This document shows, piece after piece, positions 13,723 to 26,675 of a DNA stretch of 64,000 nucleotides. The translations under genes and the position numbers were made by a program. Position 1 is the first letter of the stretch; each line of letters opens with the position of its first letter. The notes beneath the pieces were generated by a model, which saw only the letters and a program-made list of their open reading frames with translations, ran no database searches and was not told the origin of the DNA. The stretch covers positions 12,035-76,034 of the forward strand of contig NW_021833280.1 of NCBI RefSeq assembly GCF_006345805.1, read 5' to 3'. The stretch is from Octopus sinensis. Its lineage: Eukaryota.

Positions 13723-15366
13723 GTATATATATATATATATATATTGTTACACTAAGAAACGTTGCGTGGAACACGGGTTTTCGATTAGAGTCACAGGTAT
13801 ATGTATATGTATGCATGTACTTGCTTGCACACTCATATTTCCAATTCGTCATACTAGTATCCTGTATGACTGTATGACTACCCCGCATAATTTTCCAATG
13901 TACCATATATGGCACTATCCAACATAAACTCGTCTTTCAAGACGGTAAGATGTAATTTGAAAGATACGTGGCTGCTATTTTTAGCAAAGTGAATTACCAC
14001 ACATTGGCATATATATCTTGATATGTATGTACACACGTATGTATATATATATATCATATACTCACTTAGAGGGACACCATTGAGACACCTACGCACATGC
14101 CCCACTGGCACGCACCGACACACACGAACATAAGTCAATATATGTATGTATGAAAGATAGATACTCATAAGGTGTTCCACTGCGTGTGTACCCCTTAATA
14201 CACACGACAAGTAAACTGAGATTACATTGAGTTGTTCGTAAGGAACAGCTTCAAAAGATATGAAATCCTATAAAATATGTTTAAAGAGAATCAAAGTATT
14301 GTAAGAAGCGGGTGTTTAGTTGAGTGACGGGGTGACATGACAGTTGGTGTAGAATGGATCATTTGTAGTGTCGAGATGTGATGATAAACATGCTGCGGAC
14401 TAGGTGTGCAAAGCCACGTTTTGTGCAAATATATTCTCAGGGGTTCACTGCAGCTGTTTCCTCTGAACAATGTGAGTGCATCTCATCTGTGATCTGAGTC
14501 AGTGTTAGCCAGTTTTCGCCTCCAACCCATCGACATTGTACCGAGATGCAGTTGCTACATCTGTCAAAGAACATGAAGAGGTATTTGACAGAAAAAAGAG
14601 AATTTAGCAGCAGGACGATAAAAATAAAGCGCAGTTCTTACTAGGCATGTTTTAACAGACTTGAAACATTGTCAGGAAGGGCTTACAGGAAGGAAAACCT
14701 ATGACCATATTGTACACAGCACGATAGAAGGAAACACGACACGGAATCTGACAGAGTTCTTCAGATTTGTCAAAATCAAAAGAATGTAATCGTTTGTGTT
14801 GCTTCCTGGAGTGAGACGATTGGAATCCTTGAAACTGCCATTCAAGAAAGCGAAGAAAAGGTATTCTAAATGAACAGCTTGCCCCTGCATTTAACGACGG
14901 TATTATTTCAACTGTAACCCCAAGACACATCTTCTAAATTTAATGATTCTCATTTGCAAAATAAAATTTAAAAGCTACCATTTTTCTCCAAACTATTTCT
15001 ACTTCATTGATAAAAAAAAAAAAAAACTATCATCAAAGCTCGCCACCTGGTGAGAAATTTATCGTTCATATTTCATTAGACCACTCCCACGACAGAGTTG
15101 AGTGGAAAGAGGTAAAAATCAGCAAGATTCTCAAAACAGAGAATGAATAATGGCGGGGTAGGGGGCGCCTCGATTTATTCCTTTTACCTGATAGAAATAG
15201 CAGCCCTATTTTCTTTCCTCACAATATATGCCACTGTCTTAGGCATGGCAGGTCGTATTAAGTTATGTAGCCCAAGATAGCTCTTATCAGAGAGAGTGGT
15301 CATACAGTCCACCCGTTTATCAGTTTCAGGAATTGAAGAATAGGTAAGATGATATAGATCTTTATT

Positions 15367-15597
15367 AGGCGGCGAGTTGGCAGAACCGTTGGCACGCCGG
15401 GCGAATTGCGTAGCCGTATTTCGTCTGCCACTACGTTCTGAGTTCAAATTCCGCCCAGGTCGACTTTGCCTTTCATCCTTTCGGGTTCGATAAATTAAGT
15501 ACCAGTTACGCACTGGGGTCGATATAATCGACCTAATCCGTTTGTCTGTCCTTGTTTGTCCCCCTGTGTTTAGCACCTTGTGGGTAGTAAAGAAATA
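15367..15597 (+). mobile_element. SINE-B, full length, degenerate 16-bp TSD
   Basis: AGGCGGCGAG...GTTCAAATTCC...AAAGAAATA; flanks GATATAGATCTTTATT and GATATAGGTTTTTAAT match at 13/16. Confidence 0.9.
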
Positions 15598-16244
15598 GAT
15601 ATAGGTTTTTAATTGATAGTGCGCATGATCATTTGCAGAGCTTCAGAGAAGAAACAAAAGAAGATGCCTTTACTTATGGGTGAGGGTTGTAGCAGTTTGA
15701 TGTGATGCTTCAGCCCATGTCAGTATTTACAAACCGAACACCCGATCAAAATAACGGAGTGAACTCTTCTAAAGGCATTCAATGGCCAGACGGAAAGGTA
15801 AAACCAAGAGACGGGTTAGGGTGGAAGCGGGGAATAGGTACAGATCTTCCGATGGTCCTCCTCTCGATAGAATTTTCCCTTCCAAGCTTTGAACCAAACA
15901 GCTATGATATGATACGGTGTAATAAACTACAGTGAGGTCGGATCGAAACCGTAAGTGCGTGACTGCAGTACGTTAATCAAAAAAAGAAAATATACTGCAG
16001 AAACTATTCAAAAGGTTGCAAGACGCAACGAAAATTTTAGGAAAATAAAAATAAGAAAAAAGTGGAAATTTTACCTGTGAGTGTGTTACATTATACGGCA
16101 TAAAAAGAAAATGACTCTCCCCAGACACAGCAGAATATGCTTCAACACACGAATTCATATAAAGAATCTTGCAAACCAAATCCCAAAACGAAAGATACTT
16201 AAACATTTCTAAAGAAAAATAAATTATCGATTACATCCGCGACT

Positions 16245-17760
16245 TTCGTGGCCAATTTTCATATACGAGTTCACATCATTGAACAAGTCACGTATTCAAA
16301 TGATTGAACAAAAATGTAATGTGTTCATTTGCAAGCGGCTAGGCCTATTTTGGATATTGAGCAGTTCAGCTTTTTATGGTAAAAGAGTCTCGTTACAGTT
16401 ACCACTGGCGTCAATAGTCGAAATTTATAAACTAGGGAAGGTACGAATGATGATGATACTTAGAGAGACGAAGGACATAGAAATCAAGCGTAATATACCA
16501 GGTGTGAAAACAGCCAGGAATTAGAAAGCAGAGATAGAGACTGATGACATTCTGTCTTCTCCTACACACCGAAATATGGTGGGTGCAACGCAGATTCATC
16601 GGAAAAGACTTGGTTTTGGCGCAGATCGGTTCAGACCATTGCAAGTATGATGCGGAGCGAATGCAAATCTGTTGTTAGCAACAGCGTTAAAACAAGGGAA
16701 AGAGGGAGAAGAGAGCTTTATTTGATCCAATGCACTCCAGAAGGAGGTAAAATAAGTTGGAATGAGATATAGAGGTGGACCACATCTCGGCTATGTTTTA
16801 TGATTCGTTCATCCTATGATGTCTTGCCATCCTATGATGTCTTGCCATCCTATGATGTCTTGCCATTCTATGATGTCTTGCCTTCAGCTGAAATCAGAGA
16901 ATGATATATACAAATGCGGAAAGGTCGGAACACTGAGACATATTCTTTCCAACTATTCACTAGCATTGAATAGGCTTACATAGAGACACAACCTGGTCCT
17001 TAAGGTTATCTTCAGTGTTATAATGAACCAAATTGATCTCAACAAAAAAAAAAATAAATAAATAAAACCGTTGAAAGTTCCAACTAGAGATTTCATTACC
17101 TTCGTGCGCTCAGGACAAAGAAGAACAAACTTCCTGTGAGCGATGAAAAGTGGAACGGCTATTGGGAAGTGGCTACAGATTTACCAGGGTTCCAGGGACT
17201 CTTTCCCATCCCAGTTATGAAGAAACCGTACATTTTAATGTCTGAAAGAAAGAATGTTGTGAATCTGGTCGAATTAACGGTACCTCATGAAGATAACATG
17301 GACACCGCTCGAGCTAGAAAGAGTGACCGTTATGTAAACCTCCTCGAGGAATATGAAGACGCAGGCTGGAAAGATGAGTATTTTCCAATCGAAGACGGAT
17401 GTAGAGGATTCATTGGGCACAGTGTGAGGCGACTGCTGTTATCGTTAGGCCTAACTCACCGTAAAGTAACTAACACCATGACCGATATCCAAACAACAGT
17501 GGAAAAGGCTAGCCACTGGATTTGGTTAAAAGGAGACGATGAGCAATGGCTTGAAGAATATTGAGCTATATGTAATAACCAGTTGATCTAGCAAGAGGGG
17601 GCTCATATCAGTGAGGTGGTGTTGGTGTGCAATGATGCCGTCAAAAGGTCGGCCCCGAAATGGCGCACATTCTGTCTCGATGATGGCTTCCGGTATGCAG
17701 ACCTTTTGACTGATAGCACTTGCACGTGCAAGTTGTTTGCAGAACAACATATAACTTAAA
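16245..17760 (+). pseudogene. HERO-like (restriction-like endonuclease, R2 group) non-LTR retrotransposon, 3' half, decayed
   Basis: LQLPLASIVE..K.GKVR, SYDVLPS, CGKVGTLRHILS...RHNLVL knuckle, and RLE domain KPYIL...VELTVPHED...ARKSDRY...PIEDGCRGF...EKASHWIW; multiple stops and frameshifts. Confidence 0.8.
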
Positions 17761-17778
17761 CTATATCTAATGTTTATT

Positions 17779-18001
17779 AGGGCGGTGAGCTGGCAGAAAC
17801 GTTAAGCACGCCGGGCGAAATGCGTAGTCGTATTTCATCTGCTGTTACGTTCTGAGTTCAAATCCCGCCGAGGTCAACTTTGCCTTTCGGGGTCGATAAA
17901 TTAAGTACTAGTTACGCACTGGGGTCGATGTAATCGACCTAATCCGTTTGTCTGTCCTTGTTTGCCCCCTCTGTGTTTGGCCCCTTGTGGGTAGTAAAGA
18001 A
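17779..18001 (+). mobile_element. SINE-B with 17-bp TSD
   Basis: TATATCTAATGTTTATT (17762-17778) versus TATATCTTATGTTTATT (18005-18021). Confidence 0.9.
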
Positions 18002-19077
18002 TTATATATCTTATGTTTATTACACTATACCTATATATGAAACGGCGTTATCTTTCTACATTATCATAATATATTGAGATCTACATTATCGAAATATGTA
18101 TGTGACTACATTATCTACGCACATTATAATGCTCTATCAAGACTTACATTATTCGACAAAGCTGAAGGGTGATAATTCGGTTGACAATGAAGCGTTGATT
18201 TTTGTCTCTTACGTTCAGAAATGCCTGTGGGAGACCAGTGTCTCATGCAAATGAAGGCACAGTACCCTAAGATGAAAGAAACGTCGACCACCTTCTAGAT
18301 TAATCTTGACTGTATAGAGGGATTAGGTTTATCTGGTGGCGTGTATGTATATGTGCGCGCGTGTGTTTGTCTTTGTGTGTGTATATAAGGGTCTTAGTTT
18401 CGGATGATAAACAACCATAGTGAAGTTGTGGTTAACAAAGGAGGGGGCTAAGTATTTTTAATATCTTTAGAGGTTAGTGATGGCTGATAACTGACATAGT
18501 TGATGAGGAGGATATGGTTAAGAAGGGAGGTCAGTGGATATATTCAATGTCTCCAGAGATGAGCGAATCGCTCGACTGAGTGCAATAAAAGTACGTTATG
18601 ACGTGCTAATGTGACCCAGTTGAATAATTACTGGAATTAGGTCAAGTTTGGGGAGTGGGGTAAAAGTGAACCCTCACTTAAGTGCAACATATGTAATGCA
18701 AACTGGATGTACACCGTAACAGCGTGGTAGATGCTGCGGCTTAACGAGGTGATGTGTCGCCAGGGAGACATCATAGAGTTAGGGAGACATCGTAGGAGTA
18801 AATAAATTCACTGGATGAGTTCCTTAAACACACACGGAAGCACACACGAGCACACACATAAACTCGCGCACAATCATACATGCGAATATACTAGGTGGAT
18901 TTGTATGTATGTATGTACATATGTATACGCACATACACGCATATATCTATGTATGTACCACCGAAGTATAGATGTGTGAGCATGTGTATCTGTATACATA
19001 TGTATGTATCTATGTATATATATATATATACATAAACTTAGATAAACTTAGATATGTTTCGACCAATGATTGGTCCA

Positions 19078-19164
<87 letters not shown>

Positions 19165-19166
<2 letters not shown>

Positions 19167-19209
19167 TTATAGAAGGAGCTTCTACGGACTAGAAGCTCCT
19201 TCTATAAAA
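19165..19209. repeat. Hairpin palindrome with 20-bp arms and 5-nt loop, beside (TA)n
   Basis: TTTTATAGAAGGAGCTTCTA-CGGAC-TAGAAGCTCCTTCTATAAAA. Confidence 0.9.
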
Positions 19210-19296
19210 TAAATTAATTTACTCTGCTATGTATTGAGTACCTTTTACTGTGGTTAACCCCGACTCAACCCGGGACCTACATATAATATATATATA

Positions 19297-19396
<100 letters not shown>

Positions 19397-19524
19397 ATAT
19401 ATACAATATATATATATATACACACACACAGATATATATACACATATATATATATGCATTTATATGTATATATATATATACTTATATATATATATTATAC
19501 ATACATATATATATAAATATATGC

Positions 19525-19562
<38 letters not shown>

Positions 19563-19888
19563 TCACACATTGTCTATTAATCTATCTATCTATCTGTGTG
19601 TGTGTATATGTATGTTGAGGTGCATCTGTTGTTGAGTGAGACGTGGTATTTATTGGTAAATGTTAGCAACTGTTTGACACAGTTCTGCCTGCAATGGACC
19701 AGAAAACGGGACAGAAAGGAACAGACGAGCAGAATTCAATATGTTGGTCGCAATCCAAATATCTCTTGTTGTTCTTACATCTAACATAGATTTATCCAAA
19801 AACCACACACACACAAACACATGTTCGCTTAAATACATTTTTGAAAACCTCAATAGACATTGGCGTACATCTGTACTTACGTAAATGG

Positions 19889-19955
<67 letters not shown>

Positions 19956-20276
19956 GTGTATGTGTGTGTACGTATGCGTGTGTGAGTATGTGTGTGTGTA
20001 AGTGTGTGTATTTGGTAGAAAAGAGAGGATAAATAGGACTCCATACATGAATACATATATACGTTTTGTTATTTTACGAAACAAAGGTTAGAATATGGCA
20101 CAGGGGTCCAGACTATCCCACACAGCGCTTACCAAACTTAGCAAAAATGCTAAATTCCAAACGCCAAGCTCGCGACACTTGAGTCAATTTCTAGCTTCTA
20201 CTGATTAATACAATATAATATATTATATGATACACACACACATGTATATATATATGATATATGTATATATAATATA

Positions 20277-20335
<59 letters not shown>

Positions 20336-20676
20336 CAAGGCATATATATTATTTATGCATTTATATTAATATTCTTTCTATCAGTTTGCGCTGGAACTGT
20401 GTCCATACTAGGGCACCACCAGTTTGCTACAGTTATTATTGAGAGCGAGAGAGCTAATTTTGTTTTGCAAACACCGACATCCACTTTGTGTAGGTCCCTC
20501 GGGCTCCTTGAGAGAATATTAAAAAGCTGTGAATCTTTGTAACTCAGGCTGCTGCAGTAACTGGTCATGAAGCACAACGGCATTCATGGGATCTTTGACA
20601 CGGTGTGGTGGCAACCTGTCCTGTCATTTGTTGGCTTTCAATGCCTAAATTGGCACAATCCCTTCCAATGTGTGTG

Positions 20677-20779
<103 letters not shown>

Positions 20780-20797
20780 ATTTTTATACGTACTAGT

Positions 20798-20826
20798 ACT
20801 ATGACCCGGCAACACCGGGTCATAGT
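20798..20826. repeat. 12-bp-arm hairpin, possibly a Helitron 3' terminal hairpin
   Basis: ACTATGACCCGG-CAACA-CCGGGTCATAGT followed by GCTTGT, one mismatch from the CTAG(T) end; the Helitron assignment is inference. Confidence 0.4.
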
Positions 20827-21049
20827 GCTTGTGCATGAAAATAAAGGACACACACTCAGACAGATATTTTGCTGTTTATATATATAGAGAGATGTATTAA
20901 TATATATATGATATAGATATATATATACACAGATATATATGTACATACATATTTTAATACATATATATATACATATATATATGTATAATGATATATGTAT
21001 ATATATAATATATATATGATATAACTATATATAACATATAGAGAAATAA

Positions 21050-21224
21050 TTTACAAAAGAAAGATGTAGATGGGTGTGTAACAACAGATGCATTAGTTTA
21101 ACGCTGGGGAAGTGAGAAAGTCTTTAACGTTTCGAGCCTATGCTCTTCGAGAGAAAGGAACACAGAAATAAACAGGGAAGGAAAGTAGAAAAAGGTTTAG
21201 TGGTTAACAATTTACCATGGCGAA

Positions 21225-21225
<1 letters not shown>
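21050..21225 (-). mobile_element. Hammerhead-bearing repeat unit with degenerate core (21121-21158)
   Basis: CCUUU-CUCUCGA-A-GAGC(AUAG)GCUC-GAAAC-GUU-AAAGA; flanks resemble the units at 6480 and 35560. Confidence 0.6.
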
Positions 21226-21263
<38 letters not shown>

Positions 21264-21274
21264 TGAGAAAATAT

Positions 21275-21402
21275 TTCATTTAGAGATAGTAGGTCCCTTC
21301 ATCTCACGATATAAAAAAGAATTTTAATTTAAATACTATAGTATTTAAATTTAAATTCTTTTTTATATGGTGAGATGAAGGGGCCTACTATCTCTAAATG
21401 AA
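21275..21402. repeat. 128-bp loopless palindrome within (TA)n
   Basis: Axis 21338/21339 (ACTA|TAGT); 3 mismatches in 64 pairs. Confidence 0.9.
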
Positions 21403-22229
21403 TATATATATATATTATTTATGCATTTATATTACTATATATATATGTAATCAAATATATACATGCATACACACACGCACACGCACATGCGCACACATAC
21501 TCTCACACACATGCATGGGAATTCGTTTTATGCAACATAAATAGTATTAGATTAAAATAGCATCATGTGTGTCATTCTTAAAGTAAATACATCGAGAAAA
21601 TCTACATTAAGTATATACATCTGTAAGTAATATCTCTTATGGACGTACAGTGTTTAAATACAAAACTATATCAGAAGCAGACGAAATTTATTCGGTAGTC
21701 GAGGTGAGAAAGATAGGTGCATATTTCTACTTGTTTCTTCTTTGTCACTATTAAGTCTCTACCACCAATCACATGCCAAGACAAAATCCGTCATCACTGT
21801 CAGAAAAGCAGTCGTTGAACTATTACTGACGTCGCAAATAGCCAGTTGGGCTGAATAAAAATCCGTGTTATGCAACATTGGCAATGGACTTTGTACTAGC
21901 ATGCGGTTGACAGTGAGCTGTGTTGAGAGCTGAATAGAGGAGCTATATATTGGTAGACCGACTCCGTATTCAATCATGGAAAACTCATCTAACAATGCAG
22001 TTCCATATTTTGTGCTTAGAACTGTAAATAATGAAATCAAATCAACCATATGTGCGCGCGCGTGATTGTAGCGTTTGTGCCGCACGTCTTTCCAGTTCAA
22101 CGCGCCGCTTGTCTGAATGTTTCCCTCTCGTTCAAGTTTGCCAGAGTAGTTTCTGTCTACAATGCTGAATACTCGCTCGTTGCTTTCGAAGAGAGTGCCC
22201 CCGTCATATATATATATATAAATATATAT

Positions 22230-22406
22230 AGGAGTGGCTGTGTGGTAAGCAGCTTGCTTACCAACCACATGGTTCCGGGTTCAGTCCCACTGCGTGGCAC
22301 CTTGGGTAAGTGTCTTCTGCTATAGCCTCGGGCCGACCAAAGCCTTGTGTGTGGATGTGATTTGGGTTAGACGGAGAAACTGAAGAAGCCGTCGATATAT
22401 ATATAC

Positions 22407-22443
<37 letters not shown>

Positions 22444-22650
22444 TTGTGTGTCTGTGTTGTCCCCCTAGCATTGCTTGACAACCGATGCTGGTATGTTTAT
22501 GTCCCCGTTACTAGCGGTTCGGCAAAAGAGACGATAGAATAAGTACTGGGCTTACAAAAGAATAAGTCCCGGGGTCGAGTTGCTCGATTAAAGGCGGTGC
22601 TCCAGCATGGCCGCAGTCAAATGACTGAAACAAGTAAAGAGAAAAAGAGT
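22230..22650 (+). mobile_element. SINE-A, full length (reference copy)
   Basis: tRNA-like head, internal (TA)n(TG)n, tail GGCGGTGCTCCAGCATGGCCGCAGTCAAATGACTGAAACAAGTAAA; (TA)n on both flanks. Confidence 0.9.
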
Positions 22651-22673
22651 ATATATATATATATATATATATA

Positions 22674-22719
<46 letters not shown>

Positions 22720-23772
22720 GATCCGCCAAACAGCTTCATCACTGCTGCACTGAAGAACAATGGCTTCTGTAGAACCATGTAACAGATAGAGTGGAAGAAA
22801 AATGAATTCATCGATCCTATGCTCTTATTAGACCACACATTGACACTCTTGGCAAGGCTGATAATTGGTAGGGAAAACGAAGCAAACCCAGAAGTTTCTT
22901 TGATCCAGTGGTTTCTCAAAAGAATGGATCCCCTACGGCTGTGAACAACCAGGCTGATAAAGATAGAGAAGCTGAGGAAGCAACACCCAGAAGTCCCTCT
23001 GTGCCAGTGGTCCTACAAAGGAACGGAGTCCTTACTCCGTTGGACAACTAGAGGAATGCCATTGCTACAACCGGAAAAAGGAAAGAACACGAGCACAAAC
23101 ATAAAGAAGGAAGGGGAGAAAAAGGAGAAGGAAAAAATGAAATAACTAAAACCGAAACCCCAAACCACCAAACAAATAACAGAAAACTCAAATATGGAGG
23201 CTCCAATGGAATGCGAAACCCTAGAGGAGAGAAAAAATTTGGAGTGAACTCAAGGACATGCAAATTTTACCTGCAAGGCAAATGTTGGCATAGGGAAGAC
23301 GGTACAAACTGCCGGTTTGTTCACCCGAGATCCCGCTAAAACTACAGGGGCCTTAAAGAGAAATACTTCTCTGAGGAAGAAAGGCACAAATTGCCTCCAA
23401 GGAAAACGCATACAAATGCAGTGCGCTCATCAGATGTTATGTGCAAGGCAGCAGCTGAGCAAGTGTCTTTTTTGTGCATAGCGCAAAAGATTGTGCAGCA
23501 GCTGACCTGGCTACATCAAGTGCAAATAAGGAACCTTGCCCGCCACTGCGCAAGACCACTACAATCAACGGGATGGTCTCCCTTAACGCTTCCACAGTCG
23601 TCACGCCAATATTTTTACTAAATATTGGGGGTCTTTTGCATCACAAAAACAAAAGAAAAATTTTTTCCTGAGAGGCCTTGCTGCATACAATCAAGCCTTA
23701 TGCATAGCATTCGTGGAAACTCATCCGAGTCCTGATATAGAGGATGCTGAAGTACACGTACCAAAATATACC
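22720..23772 (+). pseudogene. 5' part of a CR1-like LINE: ORF1 remnant with CCCH finger plus APE N-terminus
   Basis: CKFYLQGKCWHREDGTNCRFVH at 23259-23324, then FLLNIGGLLHHKNKRKI/FLRGLAAYNQALCIAFVETHPSPDIEDAEVHVPKY, which carries the conserved APE Asn and ET residues. The left boundary is uncertain. Confidence 0.65.
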
Positions 23773-23945
23773 ATGGTGGTATATATATATATTGGTAAAA
23801 ACGGTAAGATAACAAAAGAAAGAAAGAGACCTCAATATTATGTAAATAGAGGAAATAGAGATAGCCATATAACCGAAGAGATGGTGTTGTGGATTTCCAC
23901 TTCGGCATCTGAAACTCAGAGTTTTATCTTGACTATTGAGTAATG

Positions 23946-23980
<35 letters not shown>

Positions 23981-23996
23981 TACACACACACGCATA

Positions 23997-24281
23997 TCTA
24001 TTATATAAAATCCGTTCTGTCTGTTTGTGTCTGTGTCTTCTAGGATCACGGGGATCCTCCATCCGACTGTGCTCAAATTTTATGTGTAGATACCGACGGT
24101 ATCAGGGCGTGTGTAAGTCTTGAAAAAATTACAAAAATCGATTTCAGGTGAGGAATGCGATCGATAAAGCCGTGGGAACGTACATTTGTACGCGCAAGTA
24201 CATCACCTCTTGCGATCGATACTACGGGTACGTGAGAAAAATGCACGTGCAGTTTGCGCAAAAAAAAAAGAAGCCGGCTAG
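23997..24281 (+). mobile_element. Possible non-autonomous Helitron/DINE-like element
   Basis: A|TCTATTATATAAAA followed by a CTGTCTGTTTGT tract and AAATTTT, typical of such 5' ends; candidate CTAG end at 24278-24281 without a clear hairpin. Confidence 0.4.
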
Positions 24282-24904
24282 CTGGAAATAATGCCACAAA
24301 ATGCAGTATATTTAAGAGACCAAAAAAGTAAGAGAACATCCCGTAAAGTAAGTTAGCTTAAGATTAGTTACTTAGTTCCCTAGCTTTTCATCAAAAATCG
24401 CCCCAAGTTGATTTACTACATGTTTTATCGGATGAACTTATTATTGTCCCGGGTACATTCTCATAAATTCATCATGCTTTTCCATCTAGATTTACCTCCA
24501 GCTAACCCATTTGCATGCATCGTTTTTGTCCTGCTTTTCTTCCGGCAACCTGTACATAACTGCACCATCCGTTTTTTGTTGTTTTTGTACTGCTTAAAGG
24601 CACGTTTCTTTCTTACCAAACTTACTGTTTAAACCATGTTTGTGTCCTCCCAGTCAGCAGCCTTATCATTACTGGTACTTTAAACTCTTCGGTTGCATAT
24701 TTGTGTAAATAAAATCGTTTTTCTTTGGAATAGAAAAAAGTCTATCTTTATTTCTTCTTTTGCTGGTGTTTCAAATTTAAGTTAAATAAGTGTTTCTCAA
24801 AGGGGAGGGCTATGAGACGGTCGGACAAGTTGTTTTGAGAAAATTTGGTTTAAATGTTTGACAACTCACCACCGCCCATTGGAAGGGGGGGCGGCGTTTT
24901 ACTC

Positions 24905-24940
<36 letters not shown>

Positions 24941-24944
<4 letters not shown>

Positions 24945-25172
24945 CGGCGAGCTGGCAGAAACGGTAGCACGCCGGACGAAATGCGAAGCCGTATTTCGTC
25001 TGCCGTTACGTTCTGAGTCCAAATTCCGCCGAGGTTGACTTTGCCTTTCATCCTTTCGGGGTCGATAAATTAGGTACCAGTTACGCACTGGGGTCGACGT
25101 AATCGACTTAATCCGTTTGTCTGTTCTTGTTTGTCCCCTCTGTGTTTAGCCCCTTGTGGGTAGTAAAGAAAT
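24941..25172 (+). mobile_element. SINE-B, full length, inside a (TA)n tract
   Basis: (TA)n-AAGGCGGCGAGCTGGCAGAA...GTAGTAAAGAAATA-(TA)-rich. Confidence 0.9.
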
Positions 25173-25744
25173 ATATACATATATATGTATATATATATGA
25201 GGTCGGTAATGGAAAGTTCCTGGCTTTAAGGCTATCGCAAACGGCCTGGGGGTCGAAATTTCCAAGTTCTTTCACATGGCTTAGAAATACTGAAGGACCA
25301 CTGCAATTAATATGTAAAGCCGGAAGGGGAGAATAAAACCATAATTAACTGATCCTCCTGTATTCTTGTTTTTTTTGCACCCAAAACCAGAAACATCTCA
25401 GCACTCCTTTGTACATACATCTATATGTATTATATGTATATATATGTACGGATATATTGTTTCATCTTTCTTGCTTCTGGTATCTTTGCTTCTTGCCTTC
25501 ATCAGTGGAACTCTGTGTCTCTGTATATGTATGGATATGTGGTGAGGAACGGGCATGTAGGATTATTTTTGCTGTGTGTGTGTTGTGTGTGCGTGAGGTC
25601 GAGTGCGTGTGTACTAATGAGAAAATAATGGCTGCATTAGAATATTTCTTCACATAATTTCGATTCGTAGACGAGAACTTCCACGTCTGTGTGTGTCTGT
25701 GTGTCTACTTCTTATGTATCAATATGCCTATCTTGCTGCACAAA

Positions 25745-25795
<51 letters not shown>

Positions 25796-26089
25796 TCATA
25801 CGCACTCATAAACACACACACGCACATACATACACACACACACATTCATACGCACTCACAAACACACACACGCACATACATACACACACATTCATACGCA
25901 CTCACAAACACACACACATACATACATACATACATACAGAAAGATACGGACAGAGAGTAAGGAGACCGGAAGGAAGAGAACTGCAGAGAACTCTCTAGAT
26001 AGAGGAGATAAAAAAAGAGATCATTTTAATTTAGCGTCCGATTAAGAGGTTTGCACTAACTAACATACAAGGAACTGGTTAATAGGATA

Positions 26090-26126
<37 letters not shown>

Positions 26127-26259
26127 TGTGTGAATGTTTGTGTGTGTTGATGAGGGTGTGTATCTATTAAAGGACAAACATCTTAATGTTGTCTAGCTTT
26201 GGGTAATACAAAGAGGGTTCACCTGTGAGACTAAGATATAGCGAGACAGCGAACATTAA

Positions 26260-26325
26260 TAATAATATAATAATAATAATAATAATAATAATATAATAAT
26301 AATAATAATAATGATGATGATGATA

Positions 26326-26357
<32 letters not shown>

Positions 26358-26496
26358 AACAATGATAATGATGATGATGATGATGATGATAATAATAATA
26401 ATAATAATATTAATAATAATAATAGTAGTAATAATAATAATAATAATAATGATAATAATATTAATAATAATAATAATAGTAATAGTAATAGTAATA

Positions 26497-26533
<37 letters not shown>

Positions 26534-26595
26534 TGATGATGATGATGATGATAATAATAATAATAATAATAATGATAATAATGATAATGATGATG

Positions 26596-26647
<52 letters not shown>

Positions 26648-26675
26648 TAATAATGATAATAACAATAATAAACTA
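26260..26675. repeat. Compound (AAT)n/(GAT)n microsatellite
   Basis: Direct reading of the sequence. Confidence 0.95.
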
